Assembly: GCA_002431845.1 (NCBI GenBank)
Contig: DJEH01000037.1
Location: forward strand, 1-50,116
Direction of reading: 5' to 3'
Length of the DNA stretch: 50,116 nt
Source: Prevotellaceae bacterium UBA5903
Lineage (GTDB): Bacteria > Bacteroidota > Bacteroidia > Bacteroidales > Bacteroidaceae
Below, in pieces: positions 29,240 through 38,789 of this stretch (positions within the stretch are counted from its first letter, which is position 1; each line of letters begins with the position of its first letter). The notes under the pieces are model-generated. The model worked only from the letters and a program-made list of their open reading frames with translations, was not told the origin of the DNA and did no database searches. The translations under genes were made by a program, and so were the position numbers.

Positions 29240-32200
29240 TTAGAATGTTAAACGCAAACCTACTTGGCAGTGCCAACGAGAACTTATGTCGCTCTTGGTT
29301 GGAGCATTTGATGAGTTATAAGAGTAGGTAGGAGTATAAACCTTTGAGTCGCCTTGAGTTGAAGATGCTATGCTCTCAATCTTTAGAGGAGAATAGTTCC
29401 AACTTACAGAATAACTTGCGCCCCACTTCTTATTAAGCATATTAGCAAAATTGATAATGTCGAATGTGAACTCAAGTTTACCAATACCATTGATGTTGTA
29501 GATAGACTGTGCCAAGTGAACATCTATTTCGTGTTCCCAATCAGAGAGATTAGAGTTGCGCTCTGCATATCGTCCACGATGGTTCTTGGCATAGCTATCA
29601 TGCTCAATCCATTGGCCAAACTTAGCACGGTCGTCTTCTGTCTTGAAGTTCATCTTAGCCAACTCATCTGCTGTTGGGATGTAGAGTAATGAGTTTGCTG
29701 TTGCACCATCACCATTAAAATCTGTGCGTGTTGCATCGTAATATGTTAGGTTATAACGTGAGCCGCTAAAGCCGTTATAAGTAAGGGCAACAGTGGTACT
29801 TGTCCAACCATTAAGGTACTTAGGTGTGGTGTAAGACAACGTAAAGAGTACACGATGTGGAATATCAAACTTAGAGAAACCTAACTCATTGCCTGAGTTT
29901 GAGTCTACAGAGAAGTTCTTTTGCCAGTTAGAATAAGCTACAGAAGACTTACCATCATTAACCGATTTGGCACGGCTAAAGGTGTAACTTGCATTAAGGT
30001 CAAGGCCAAAGTCGAACGACTTTTGCAATTGCGCTGTAATCGCATAAGTGTAGCCCTTGTTGGTGTTGCGTAGGTTGATGATAGAGTTGTAGTTACCCTT
30101 GTTAATTGAATAGTAAGGAGCTGCAGAAGCTTCTACACCAGGAATGGCATAAGTAGTTCCGGTACGATTAAGAGCAAGGTTTTCAAAGAACACATTGTTA
30201 AGTGTTTTTGTATAAACACCTTCCAACGTAAATTTCACATTGCCTGGCAATGTTTGCTCAACAGCCAAGTTTGCACGCAAAGCTTGTGGGAACTTGTAGT
30301 TTTTGTTAATCGTAACAATGTCGGGTTTTGCAGCACTACCTGCACCTTGTTGGTCCTCGATTGCTTGCAATGGGTTGTGTGCATACTGTCCCAATTTAGG
30401 CGTAGTGTTTTCGCCCGTTTTAGGAGCATATATAGTAGTACCCTTAGCCTCCATACCCGTGTTGGTAAATGCATTCGAAATCCATACAAGAGGCACACGA
30501 CCAGTGAACATGCCTACACCACCACGAATAAGTGTTGAATGGTCATCGTTAAGATACCAGTTGAAGCCCAAACGAGGAGATACAAGTAGCTTAGTACTTG
30601 GTGTGCTACCTACAGTGGCATTTAGTTTATTGTTTGCAGCCCATTGGTTGAACTCTGGGTTTTCAGTAGGATTGTTCCAAATAACAGGAATATCGAAGCG
30701 TAAGCCCAAAGTTGCATTGAAGTTGCGATTAACCACCCATTTATCTTGAACATAGAAGCCAAATTGTGCAGCCTTGAGCACTGGGGCCCATTTTGTGTCG
30801 CCACCTGTTAGAGCGGGATCAGTGTATTTATAAGTAAATTTGCTTGGATTGTCGTTCAAGAAATCATTGAGCGAATCGTAATACCACGAACCATTTGATG
30901 CTTGAATAAATAGGTTCTTTGTGCGATAAAATTCGTTGTGAGTACCAAAAATAAGTGTGTGATTGCCTTTGTACCAAGAGAGGTTATCCTCAAAGGTGTA
31001 GATGTTTTGGTCAAGATAGTTAGCACCCGAAGAATAGTCCGTACCGATATTACCTGTTATGGTTTTAACACTTTCGTCAGCACTTACCAAGTTATAAATC
31101 TGCACGGTAGGACCCTGATATGCCACATCACGATGATCGCGTACAACAACGGCAGAAGCACGTAGCTCGTTATAGATAGATGGCGAGATGTGCGAAGTCA
31201 ATTCAGCTACAACAGAGTTAGTTTTGTTATTCATACGATAACTTGAGTTGTTAAAAGTGTACGACTTAACACTTTCGCCATACTTGTCATCGTAACCATT
31301 ATTGTGTTGGTAGCGCACACTGAGTTTGTTATCGTCGTTGATATTCCAATCAACACGTGCCAAAAGTCCAAACGATTTTTTTTCTACATTACGTTGTCCG
31401 TAACCATCGCTAAAGCCCGTTAGCTCTTGGTATCTGTCTGCTATCTGCTTAGCTGCTGCTTCTGTAATGTACGAAGGAGCATAGCCTGGATATATGCTTG
31501 TTGGGTAAGACTGCTTTTTGCCTTCAGCACTTACAAAATAGAACAACTTATCCTTGATGATTGCACCACCGAGCGTACCGCCATACGTGCGCTCATACTG
31601 TGTGCTCATAGGCACCTTTTCGTAGTCGTGTATAGCACTATACTTGCCATACATGTTTTGGTTATTGAAATAGGTGTAAGCCGATGCATGCGTGGTGTTG
31701 GTACCTTGCTTTGTAACGGCATTAATAGCGCCACCTGTAAAACCACTTTGTCGCACATCAAAAGGTGCTACAGCTACTTGTATTTCTTCAATAGCATCCA
31801 TTGAAATTGGTGAAGCTCCTGACTGACCACCATTTGTGCCTGATGATGTAAGACCAAAAACATCGTTGCTCACAACACCATCTATTTGAAAGCTATTAAA
31901 ACGATTGTTTGAACCTGCAAAGCTTATACCACCATCTTTGTTGGTCATAGCCATTGGCGAGTTCTTTACCAAATCGTAGACATCACGGTCTACGGTTGGT
32001 ACATTCTCAATCTGTGATAGCGAGAAATTCTTGGCCGCACCGCCCTTTTGCTTACGTGCTCCTGTTACAACTGCCTCGTTCAGCGAATTGTCTTTAGGAC
32101 TAAGCGTAACATTTACTGGAAGCGAGCTACCCAATTCAAGGTAAAGTTTGCTAAATGTTTTAGGCGCATAGCCGATATACGAAATCGTGATGGTGTAAGG

Positions 32201-32431
32201 GCCACCCGTACGCATACCCTGGATGGTGTAGCGACCATTGTTGTTTGTTGTTGCACGATAGCGTGTTCCCGAAGGAGTATGCACTGCTACGATAGATGCA
32301 CCAATAACGGGGTCGTTGTTTTCGTCTGTAACAATACCATTAACCGATGAGGTTGTTACCTGTGCATTAGCAACTACTGCAAAAGCTGGTGCAGTGAGTG
32401 CTGCAAGCATAAGTTTTTTGAAATGTGACAT
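29240..32431 (-). CDS. TonB-dependent receptor with carboxypeptidase-regulatory-like N-domain (Oar-like)
   Basis: Signal peptide ANA|Q; FQIDGVVSND, APFDVRQSGFTGGAINAVTKQG, SPRLGFNW; C-terminal QVGLRLTF. Confidence 0.9.
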   Translation of the reverse strand: MSHFKKLMLAALTAPAFAVVANAQVTTSSVNGIVTDENNDPVIGASIVAVHTPSGTRYRATTNNNGRYTIQGMRTGGPYTITISYIGYAPKTFSKLYLELGSSLPVNVTLSPKDNSLNEAVVTGARKQKGGAAKNFSLSQIENVPTVDRDVYDLVKNSPMAMTNKDGGISFAGSNNRFNSFQIDGVVSNDVFGLTSSGTNGGQSGASPISMDAIEEIQVAVAPFDVRQSGFTGGAINAVTKQGTNTTHASAYTYFNNQNMYGKYSAIHDYEKVPMSTQYERTYGGTLGGAIIKDKLFYFVSAEGKKQSYPTSIYPGYAPSYITEAAAKQIADRYQELTGFSDGYGQRNVEKKSFGLLARVDWNINDDNKLSVRYQHNNGYDDKYGESVKSYTFNNSSYRMNNKTNSVVAELTSHISPSIYNELRASAVVVRDHRDVAYQGPTVQIYNLVSADESVKTITGNIGTDYSSGANYLDQNIYTFEDNLSWYKGNHTLIFGTHNEFYRTKNLFIQASNGSWYYDSLNDFLNDNPSKFTYKYTDPALTGGDTKWAPVLKAAQFGFYVQDKWVVNRNFNATLGLRFDIPVIWNNPTENPEFNQWAANNKLNATVGSTPSTKLLVSPRLGFNWYLNDDHSTLIRGGVGMFTGRVPLVWISNAFTNTGMEAKGTTIYAPKTGENTTPKLGQYAHNPLQAIEDQQGAGSAAKPDIVTINKNYKFPQALRANLAVEQTLPGNVKFTLEGVYTKTLNNVFFENLALNRTGTTYAIPGVEASAAPYYSINKGNYNSIINLRNTNKGYTYAITAQLQKSFDFGLDLNASYTFSRAKSVNDGKSSVAYSNWQKNFSVDSNSGNELGFSKFDIPHRVLFTLSYTTPKYLNGWTSTTVALTYNGFSGSRYNLTYYDATRTDFNGDGATANSLLYIPTADELAKMNFKTEDDRAKFGQWIEHDSYAKNHRGRYAERNSNLSDWEHEIDVHLAQSIYNINGIGKLEFTFDIINFANMLNKKWGASYSVSWNYSPLKIESIASSTQGDSKVYTPTYSYNSSNAPTKSDISSRWHCQVGLRLTF

Positions 32432-32467
32432 AAATTATAAAGTATGTAGAGATGATAAATGCTTATT

Positions 32468-33655
32468 TTATTTCAAGAGGTCTGAAACCGTTTCCAAACT
32501 GCCGTCATTAACAGATGGTTGTATGTTGAGCAACTTACACAACAAGCTATAAATACTCGTGTTGCTAAATACATGTGCCTTTTGATAACCTACTTTAAAG
32601 TCAGGCCCTACGGCTCTAAATGGCACTTGCATTTCAAAACCTGTGGGGTCGAAACCATGCATACCCAACGGACGATAAGGCTTGTCACCAATCACCCATC
32701 CACTCTCAGGATTGACCACAATGTCGCCTATATTTTCATTATCGCCATATCGCAAATATGATGGTACTTCGTTTTTGTGCCACACATGAACGTGAGGCAT
32801 CTTTTGCAATGCCTCATACACTTTCTTTTCAAATCCACGTTTTGGCCACACGTGTGTAGGAAGATCGCATTGAATACGCTCTACCCATTCTTTCTTTACA
32901 TAGTCGTATGGGTTGAGTAGATGATCATTGTCTATGCGTGCCATACCATGGTCTGCTAGCACTATGAGATTGATACTATCGCGATTAGTAAGCGTTTGCA
33001 AACTTTCATAAAGCGATTCAAGCAGATAGTCCATACGCTCTACGGCATGTCGTGTCTGCGGCGAAAATGGACCATAAGTGTGACCGCTATGGTCTGGCTC
33101 TTCAAAGTATGCCAATACCAACTGTGGACGCTCTGCCTCGGGCAAGCGTAAATAGCGTGTTACTTCAGCAATACGCTCGGCAAAGGTTAAAAGCGGTTTT
33201 TGAGCATAATCATGATAGTATGTGGGATAATGTCCTCCTATCTTTACGTCCGATCCAGGCCAATAAACTACACCCGTCCGAACGCCTTGTCGTGTGGCAG
33301 TGTTCCATATAGGATCACCATGCCAAAAGTATGGGTCACTGCGCGTTTCACTATTTCCGAGCGAGAACACTCGTCCAGTTTTTTTATCAGTAAAGGTGTT
33401 GGCTATAATACCATGATGCGAAGGCACCAATCCTGTCACTATTGTATAATGATTTGGAAATGTTTTTGAGGGAAACGAAGGTTGCATTGTAGCACTTACG
33501 CCCATCGTTGCCATCTGATTTAAGAATGGTGTGTTGTAGGCTCGAGTATATTCTTCACGAAAGCCATCAAGCGACACCATCACCGTGTAATGCTTTGCCT
33601 TTCCCGATACAGGGAGTAAGCATAACAATGAAATGATTAAAAGAATTTTACGCAT
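32468..33655 (-). CDS. Ectonucleotide pyrophosphatase/phosphodiesterase (alkaline phosphatase superfamily), secreted
   Basis: VSLDGFR, PSKTFPNHYTIVTG (catalytic Thr), EPDHSGH, LADHGM, GMHGFD. Confidence 0.92.
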   Translation of the reverse strand: MRKILLIISLLCLLPVSGKAKHYTVMVSLDGFREEYTRAYNTPFLNQMATMGVSATMQPSFPSKTFPNHYTIVTGLVPSHHGIIANTFTDKKTGRVFSLGNSETRSDPYFWHGDPIWNTATRQGVRTGVVYWPGSDVKIGGHYPTYYHDYAQKPLLTFAERIAEVTRYLRLPEAERPQLVLAYFEEPDHSGHTYGPFSPQTRHAVERMDYLLESLYESLQTLTNRDSINLIVLADHGMARIDNDHLLNPYDYVKKEWVERIQCDLPTHVWPKRGFEKKVYEALQKMPHVHVWHKNEVPSYLRYGDNENIGDIVVNPESGWVIGDKPYRPLGMHGFDPTGFEMQVPFRAVGPDFKVGYQKAHVFSNTSIYSLLCKLLNIQPSVNDGSLETVSDLLK

Positions 33656-33757
33656 TGTGTTCGTAATTTTTTTACGTCGTAAAATTGGTTTTATTATATT
33701 TCAAAAATATGAAAATCTGCTATAAGTTTTTCATGTTCTTGCTACATATAAAATGAT

Positions 33758-33797
33758 AAAGGTTCTGCCACACACATACGTGCACGACAGAACCTTT
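33758..33797 (-). terminator. Terminator-like hairpin after the GH31 gene
   Basis: AAAGGTTCTG...CAGAACCTTT inverted repeat. Confidence 0.55.
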
Positions 33798-33811
33798 TAT
33801 ACATTGTTATA

Positions 33812-36800
33812 TCAGAATTTCACTGAACCTAAATTTCTATCAACTAAGATACCATCCTTTGCTTTGAGCGTGAACTTGCCAGACTTCTTTGCCTTTAGTT
33901 TAATCACAAACAAGCCGTGATCACCTTCGTCGAGCAAGAAGTTGTTGCCCTTATTTACGAATGTTGGCAACAATTCTTTCTGCCCATTGGTGTGCAAGCG
34001 GTCGTATGTAAGATTTACCATATCCTTCATGTTCAGAAGTTCGGTTCCTACATATTCAAATTCGCTCGTGCTGTATGGAAGTGCAAAACTCAAACCATTT
34101 ACATAGTGCAAGCCCTTGCCCTTAACCGTAATTTCTACCATATCGCCAGCAGCGAAAGTAGTTTTATTGGGCGAAAGTACAAGTTTACCTGCCACCTTAT
34201 CATTAGAGTTGCGTACACCGCCATCAAGCTCAATTGAAACACACGAAATATCGTAAGCATCTATCAAGCCATTCTTGTTAATATCGCCCGAACTTACGTA
34301 GTCGAAGTCGGCATCGCCCTTACGCAAACCTGTGTAGTTCATGTATGAGGTCAAGTCGTTTTCGTCGATGCGCTTGTCATGGTTGATATCGCCTTGCAAG
34401 TAGCTTTCAGAACCTGCCACCTTGAAGATGTACATCTCGCGTCCTGATGCAAAGTTGCCAACAGCCTTATCCAAGTGAAGTTTTACGTAACGAGCTTCAG
34501 GATTACCATCAAACTTGAATGTCTTAGTTGTTCCGTCTTGCTTCCATTCAAACTTAACAGGAGCAGACCATTGCTGACGATCGGTACTTACAGATACTGT
34601 GCCCGAAAGCAATGTACCATTGCCACCATCCTCGCGAGGTATATATTCAAAACGGTCGAGTTTATTAACCGAACGCAAGTCAATGGTCATATCGCTTGGG
34701 ATAGCTTCGCCCTTACCCCACTTGCTATGCCACATGCTCTTTTCATCGAAGTCGAAGAGTTTTTGTACACCATTACCTGGTTGGTTTTCACAAGTTGTGG
34801 TAGCCTTAATGTCCTTTATAGCAAATTCAAGAGGATTACTCTTAGTGGTAGCACTGGCTGTAGCCCAATCAGAATAGCCGTCCTTATTTACCGAACGTAC
34901 TTTGAAAGCATAGCTTGTTTCAGGTGTGAGACCATCTATCGTAAAGTTGCTGTTGCGAATAGTTGAATAGAGCATACCATTATACTCTATCTCATAGAAG
35001 TCGGCATTTTCTACCTTGTTCCATGAAGGAGTAAGGCTGAATACACCTATGCCCTTGTCTGTAAACGCCACCTGTGGTGCTTTGAGTGCACCTGTATGCA
35101 CACGAAGGCGATCGGTAGGATTGAATTCAAATCCTTCAACCTTTACCTCTGTTGCATTGTCTGCAATGTTAGTCTTTTCGAGTTTTACAAGGAGCTGCGC
35201 ATTCTTTTCTACCACCTTCTTTGCAGCCTCCGAACCAGGGGTAGAGAAGCGGTTAAGATTTGGCTTTTCGTTATAGAAGTAAACGTTTACGCCCTTATTA
35301 AAGTCGGCTTCAGAGTTTACTGCTGTAAGTTTTATGCTCTTCTTACCAATCTTAGCAGTCACATTCTTAGGCGCTTTGCTCACGTTGATGCGGAGTTCTG
35401 TCTCCTTTTGTGGTTCAAAGCCATCGAATGTGCCGTATGTAGGATTAATTGTAACAACGAGTTTACCCTTGCCATTGGCACTTGTCGAAATCTCGGTGCG
35501 CGAGCATTGACCGCTCAAGTATGCTTGTGTTTGGCCATCATCGTCGTATTGGCTGAAAGCATTTGAGCTTTGAGCAGTAGCATAGATTTCGTAAGCACGA
35601 TAGTCTTTGCGAATTTGCGAAGGGTTGTTGTTGGGGTTAGCCATTGGTATGATGGCATCAGCTTTTACAAATACGGGGAGTTTCCAAATAGGAGCATCGT
35701 AGTTGTTGATAATGCGTCCACCATCATAAACATCACCATTATAGTAGTCTACCCAGCGGCCCTCTGGAAGGTAAATGCCATTGCGAATATCGTTGCCTTT
35801 CTCATCCATTTGGGTGTTTGTATAGATTGGTGCCACAAGGAATGAGGGGCCATACATAAATTGATATTGTGTGTTACTACCCAAAGTGTAGTCATTAGGA
35901 TAGTCAAGGAACATGGCGCGAATCATTGGCTTACCATCTACAGCCTGGCGAGCAATGGTGTAGGTATATGGCATCAGTTCGCTCTTGAGTTTGAGGTAAG
36001 AGCGGTTAATGCTTGTGGCAGGTTCGCCAAGTACTTCGGGATATTTAGGGTTAGATCCCCAACCATCCATATTCAGTTCCATTGGAGTAAAAGTTTTCCA
36101 TTGGAACTCACGGATATTTACAGGCATATTTTTACCACCAAAGATACCATCAACATCCGATGTAATGTTAGGTTGTCCTGAAAGTCCTGAGCCAATAAAT
36201 GTTGGGATGTGGAAGCGAATATATTCCCAATCGCCACCTGTTTGGTCGCCACTCCAAATACCTGCATAGCGCTGTGTGCCTGCCCATCCATCAAGCGAGA
36301 TGATAAACGGACGTGCATTTGAGCCGTAGTAAGGCATGATTTCGCCTACATCGCTCACACCATTCAAGCCGAACGAGTAACCAGCACCTACCCAAGCTAC
36401 GTCGGTTTTCAATACGCGTACGCCTGCATCGCGAACCTCCTTTACAATGTCGCGTTGGAGCAATGGCTCTATACCCTCTTTAGGATGAAGGTCGCTCTGT
36501 GTCCACAATCCTATCTCTACGCCTTTTGAACGTGCATAGTCGCCAAACGATTTTAGATTAGCTATGTTGCCATCTAACGAGTTGGTTTGTCCGTAGCCAG
36601 CTCCGTAACCATCGTTGGGTAAGAACCAACCTAAAGGCATATCGTTGTTTAAATAACGATCAATAGCAGCACGTGCTGAGAACTGATAGTTGTTCTTTTC
36701 GCCATTAAGGCTCTCTTTTATGCCGCCGTTGTTCTTTTGGCTTTCGTTATATCGTTTACCATCTTCGTAGAGCATAAAGCCGTCTTTTGCCTCGGTCCAA

Positions 36801-37723
36801 TAGTCACGATTGTAAGCGTTGAGGTGGCCCTCGTAAAAGCCAAACTTAGGCAGCAATATAGGATTGCCCGTAAGTTGGTAAAAGTCGTTGAGCAAGTCTA
36901 CAGGTTGTTGGTCTACCATTAAGAAAGCGTCAAGATAGTCCTCTTGGTGTGTAAGTATCACCTTATTTTCTTCGGTAGCACCAAAGTCGTAACGTCCGGG
37001 CTTAAATGTGTCCCACATCACGCCATAACCCTTTGTACTCCAATAGAAAGGCGTTGGCGAAGCCACACCACCATCAACCCAATTGTTGGTGTTTTCAATG
37101 GCTATACTCTTACCTTTATGGCTAAAGCGTCCGTTCTGCACACCACCACCATAGAAGTATTCTCCGCTATGAGCCTTGAGTGTAAGTGTAGTACTATTTT
37201 TGTCAAAGTTTACTGGAGCTACGCTCTCTGCCACTACCTCGCCCGATTGTAGGTTGGTAACAGACATCAAGCCTGTTTGCTTATCAAAGCGTATGCTTAC
37301 TCTTGAGGTAGAGATAACTACGGCATTATTTTCATTGCGTACATCAACTGCTTGTGTTGCACGGCGCGCATTGTCTACCAATATTTTAGCAGCAGGAGAA
37401 GCCTGTGGGTCGCGCACGATACCGCCATTATCATCGCGGAAAAGGCGGAATATGTTTTCGCCATAAAAGTCAATGGTAAGTTGCTTGCCATCGGCATAAG
37501 TTAATTCAACTGTTGTTGGATTAATCTTTGCCACACCCTTTATGGGATTATTGGCTGCCGCTTTGCTTGTAGCAGAAGCAGAGATGTTGGGCACTAACCC
37601 CGAAGCCAAAGGCAATGCACTTACGCCTTGAGCGCTAAAAGTGAGCCCTGCTATGGCCAACGGAAGAGCCATAACAAAGGTGCCCTTTGCACTACCTTGC
37701 TTCTTTTGCTGATTTTTTTTCAT
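33812..37723 (-). CDS. Modular GH31 glycoside hydrolase, Nag31-like alpha-N-acetylgalactosaminidase (GH31-FN3-CBM32-dockerin-cohesin-like)
   Basis: WFLPNDGYG, VLKTDVAWV, QRYAGIWSGDQ; FN3 (GLTPETSYAFKVRSVN); F5/8-type C (LFDFDEKSMWHSKW); paired dockerin loops GDINHDKRIDEND and GDINKNGLIDAYD. Confidence 0.85.
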   Translation of the reverse strand: MKKNQQKKQGSAKGTFVMALPLAIAGLTFSAQGVSALPLASGLVPNISASATSKAAANNPIKGVAKINPTTVELTYADGKQLTIDFYGENIFRLFRDDNGGIVRDPQASPAAKILVDNARRATQAVDVRNENNAVVISTSRVSIRFDKQTGLMSVTNLQSGEVVAESVAPVNFDKNSTTLTLKAHSGEYFYGGGVQNGRFSHKGKSIAIENTNNWVDGGVASPTPFYWSTKGYGVMWDTFKPGRYDFGATEENKVILTHQEDYLDAFLMVDQQPVDLLNDFYQLTGNPILLPKFGFYEGHLNAYNRDYWTEAKDGFMLYEDGKRYNESQKNNGGIKESLNGEKNNYQFSARAAIDRYLNNDMPLGWFLPNDGYGAGYGQTNSLDGNIANLKSFGDYARSKGVEIGLWTQSDLHPKEGIEPLLQRDIVKEVRDAGVRVLKTDVAWVGAGYSFGLNGVSDVGEIMPYYGSNARPFIISLDGWAGTQRYAGIWSGDQTGGDWEYIRFHIPTFIGSGLSGQPNITSDVDGIFGGKNMPVNIREFQWKTFTPMELNMDGWGSNPKYPEVLGEPATSINRSYLKLKSELMPYTYTIARQAVDGKPMIRAMFLDYPNDYTLGSNTQYQFMYGPSFLVAPIYTNTQMDEKGNDIRNGIYLPEGRWVDYYNGDVYDGGRIINNYDAPIWKLPVFVKADAIIPMANPNNNPSQIRKDYRAYEIYATAQSSNAFSQYDDDGQTQAYLSGQCSRTEISTSANGKGKLVVTINPTYGTFDGFEPQKETELRINVSKAPKNVTAKIGKKSIKLTAVNSEADFNKGVNVYFYNEKPNLNRFSTPGSEAAKKVVEKNAQLLVKLEKTNIADNATEVKVEGFEFNPTDRLRVHTGALKAPQVAFTDKGIGVFSLTPSWNKVENADFYEIEYNGMLYSTIRNSNFTIDGLTPETSYAFKVRSVNKDGYSDWATASATTKSNPLEFAIKDIKATTTCENQPGNGVQKLFDFDEKSMWHSKWGKGEAIPSDMTIDLRSVNKLDRFEYIPREDGGNGTLLSGTVSVSTDRQQWSAPVKFEWKQDGTTKTFKFDGNPEARYVKLHLDKAVGNFASGREMYIFKVAGSESYLQGDINHDKRIDENDLTSYMNYTGLRKGDADFDYVSSGDINKNGLIDAYDISCVSIELDGGVRNSNDKVAGKLVLSPNKTTFAAGDMVEITVKGKGLHYVNGLSFALPYSTSEFEYVGTELLNMKDMVNLTYDRLHTNGQKELLPTFVNKGNNFLLDEGDHGLFVIKLKAKKSGKFTLKAKDGILVDRNLGSVKF

Positions 37724-38016
37724 AAAATAATATGTGGTAATTGTTTTTGTTCAGTATGGAAATTGCGTTCTCTCAGATAAACGTTTTTAAGCCATCGGCT
37801 AAAGCCTTACGCTATTGCTATCTTTGAGAGTTCTTTATACAAAATACTATATTGCGACAAAGTTACACAATAAATAGCACATTTTATAGAGTTTTACATA
37901 AAAAGCCTACTTCACAAAGGTTGATTGCTTTTATTATTGAATATTCGGCATATAATGAAAGGGGAGATACAAAAAAACAACCAAACAAAACATGTTTAGT
38001 TGCTCAAAAAAAAATG

Positions 38017-38087
38017 TTGGGGTACCCGGATTCGAACCAGGAAAGGCAGGACCAGAATCTGCAGTGTTACCATTACACCATACCCCA
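38017..38087 (-). tRNA. tRNA-Gln (CTG)
   Basis: TGGGGTATGGTGTAATGGTAACACTGCAGATT-CTG-GTCCTGCCTTTCCTGGTTCGAATCCGGGTACCCCA-A cloverleaf; CCA is not encoded. Confidence 0.96.
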
Positions 38088-38128
38088 AGAGAAATAAAGG
38101 AATTTTGTATTTCTCCGAAATACGACTG

Positions 38129-38160
38129 CAAAATTAGTGCTTTTTATTATACAAACCAAA
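38129..38160 (-). promoter_or_regulatory. Consensus promoter for tRNA-Gln
   Basis: Minus strand TTTG, 20-bp spacer, TAATTTTG. Confidence 0.7.
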
Positions 38161-38368
38161 TTTGATTACCACTTTTTTTCTTTTCTTTTGTAAATGCTGG
38201 GTCAGAATACAACTTATAGGAATAGGCATTATCTACTATTTGTGGGGCGATAAATCCGAAAAATATACCAATATTTTTTGTACGGATTTTTTAGTAAAAT
38301 AGAATAAAAATATGGGCTTTTTAGGGCAAAAAAGGCCCATCAGCATGCCATTTTCGTAGATAAAGCTA

Positions 38369-38478
38369 TAAGGATACGTATCCTTAGGTGACAAGAACAC
38401 GTATCCTTAGGGTATAAGAATACGTATCCTTAGGGTGTAAGAACACGTATCCTTAGGTCATAAGGATACGTATCCTTA
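38369..38478. repeat. Tandem array of five 23-bp units with an 18-bp palindromic core
   Basis: TAAGGATACGTATCCTTA or near variants start at 38369, 38392, 38415, 38438 and 38461, with 5-bp linkers; half-site at 38498. Confidence 0.9.
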
Positions 38479-38789
38479 CACCATAACAACGTGTCTATAA
38501 GGATACATCAGTTTAAAACCAATATCTGACAAACAGGAAACAGTTGATTATCAACACCTTATAACATTTCATCATAATTACGTTGTTTGGGCACGATACA
38601 TCTATTGGTTGAAAACAAACGAATTATGAGGCATAAGATTTTATCATTAGAGGAAAAATAGAACAATCCGATATAAACTTAATGTTCTAAGTCAATTAAG
38701 CATTTATAAACAAAATGCTCAAAATGCAACTACAAGGCTTTAAAGCCTTGAAATGCATTTTGAGCATCGTTTCGTATGCTATATAATGA

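Noticed and set aside
38017..38087. tRNA-Gln as an integration site for an island
   Set aside because: No duplicated tRNA 3' end and no integrase were seen in the window.
37852..38131. Short ORFs 37852-38097 (+) and 37934-38131 (-)
   Set aside because: They overlap the tRNA-Gln gene and are translation artefacts.
38369..38478. Possible CRISPR array
   Set aside because: Linkers are only 5 bp and similar to each other, the repeat is 18 bp, and no cas genes are present; it is a tandem palindromic repeat.
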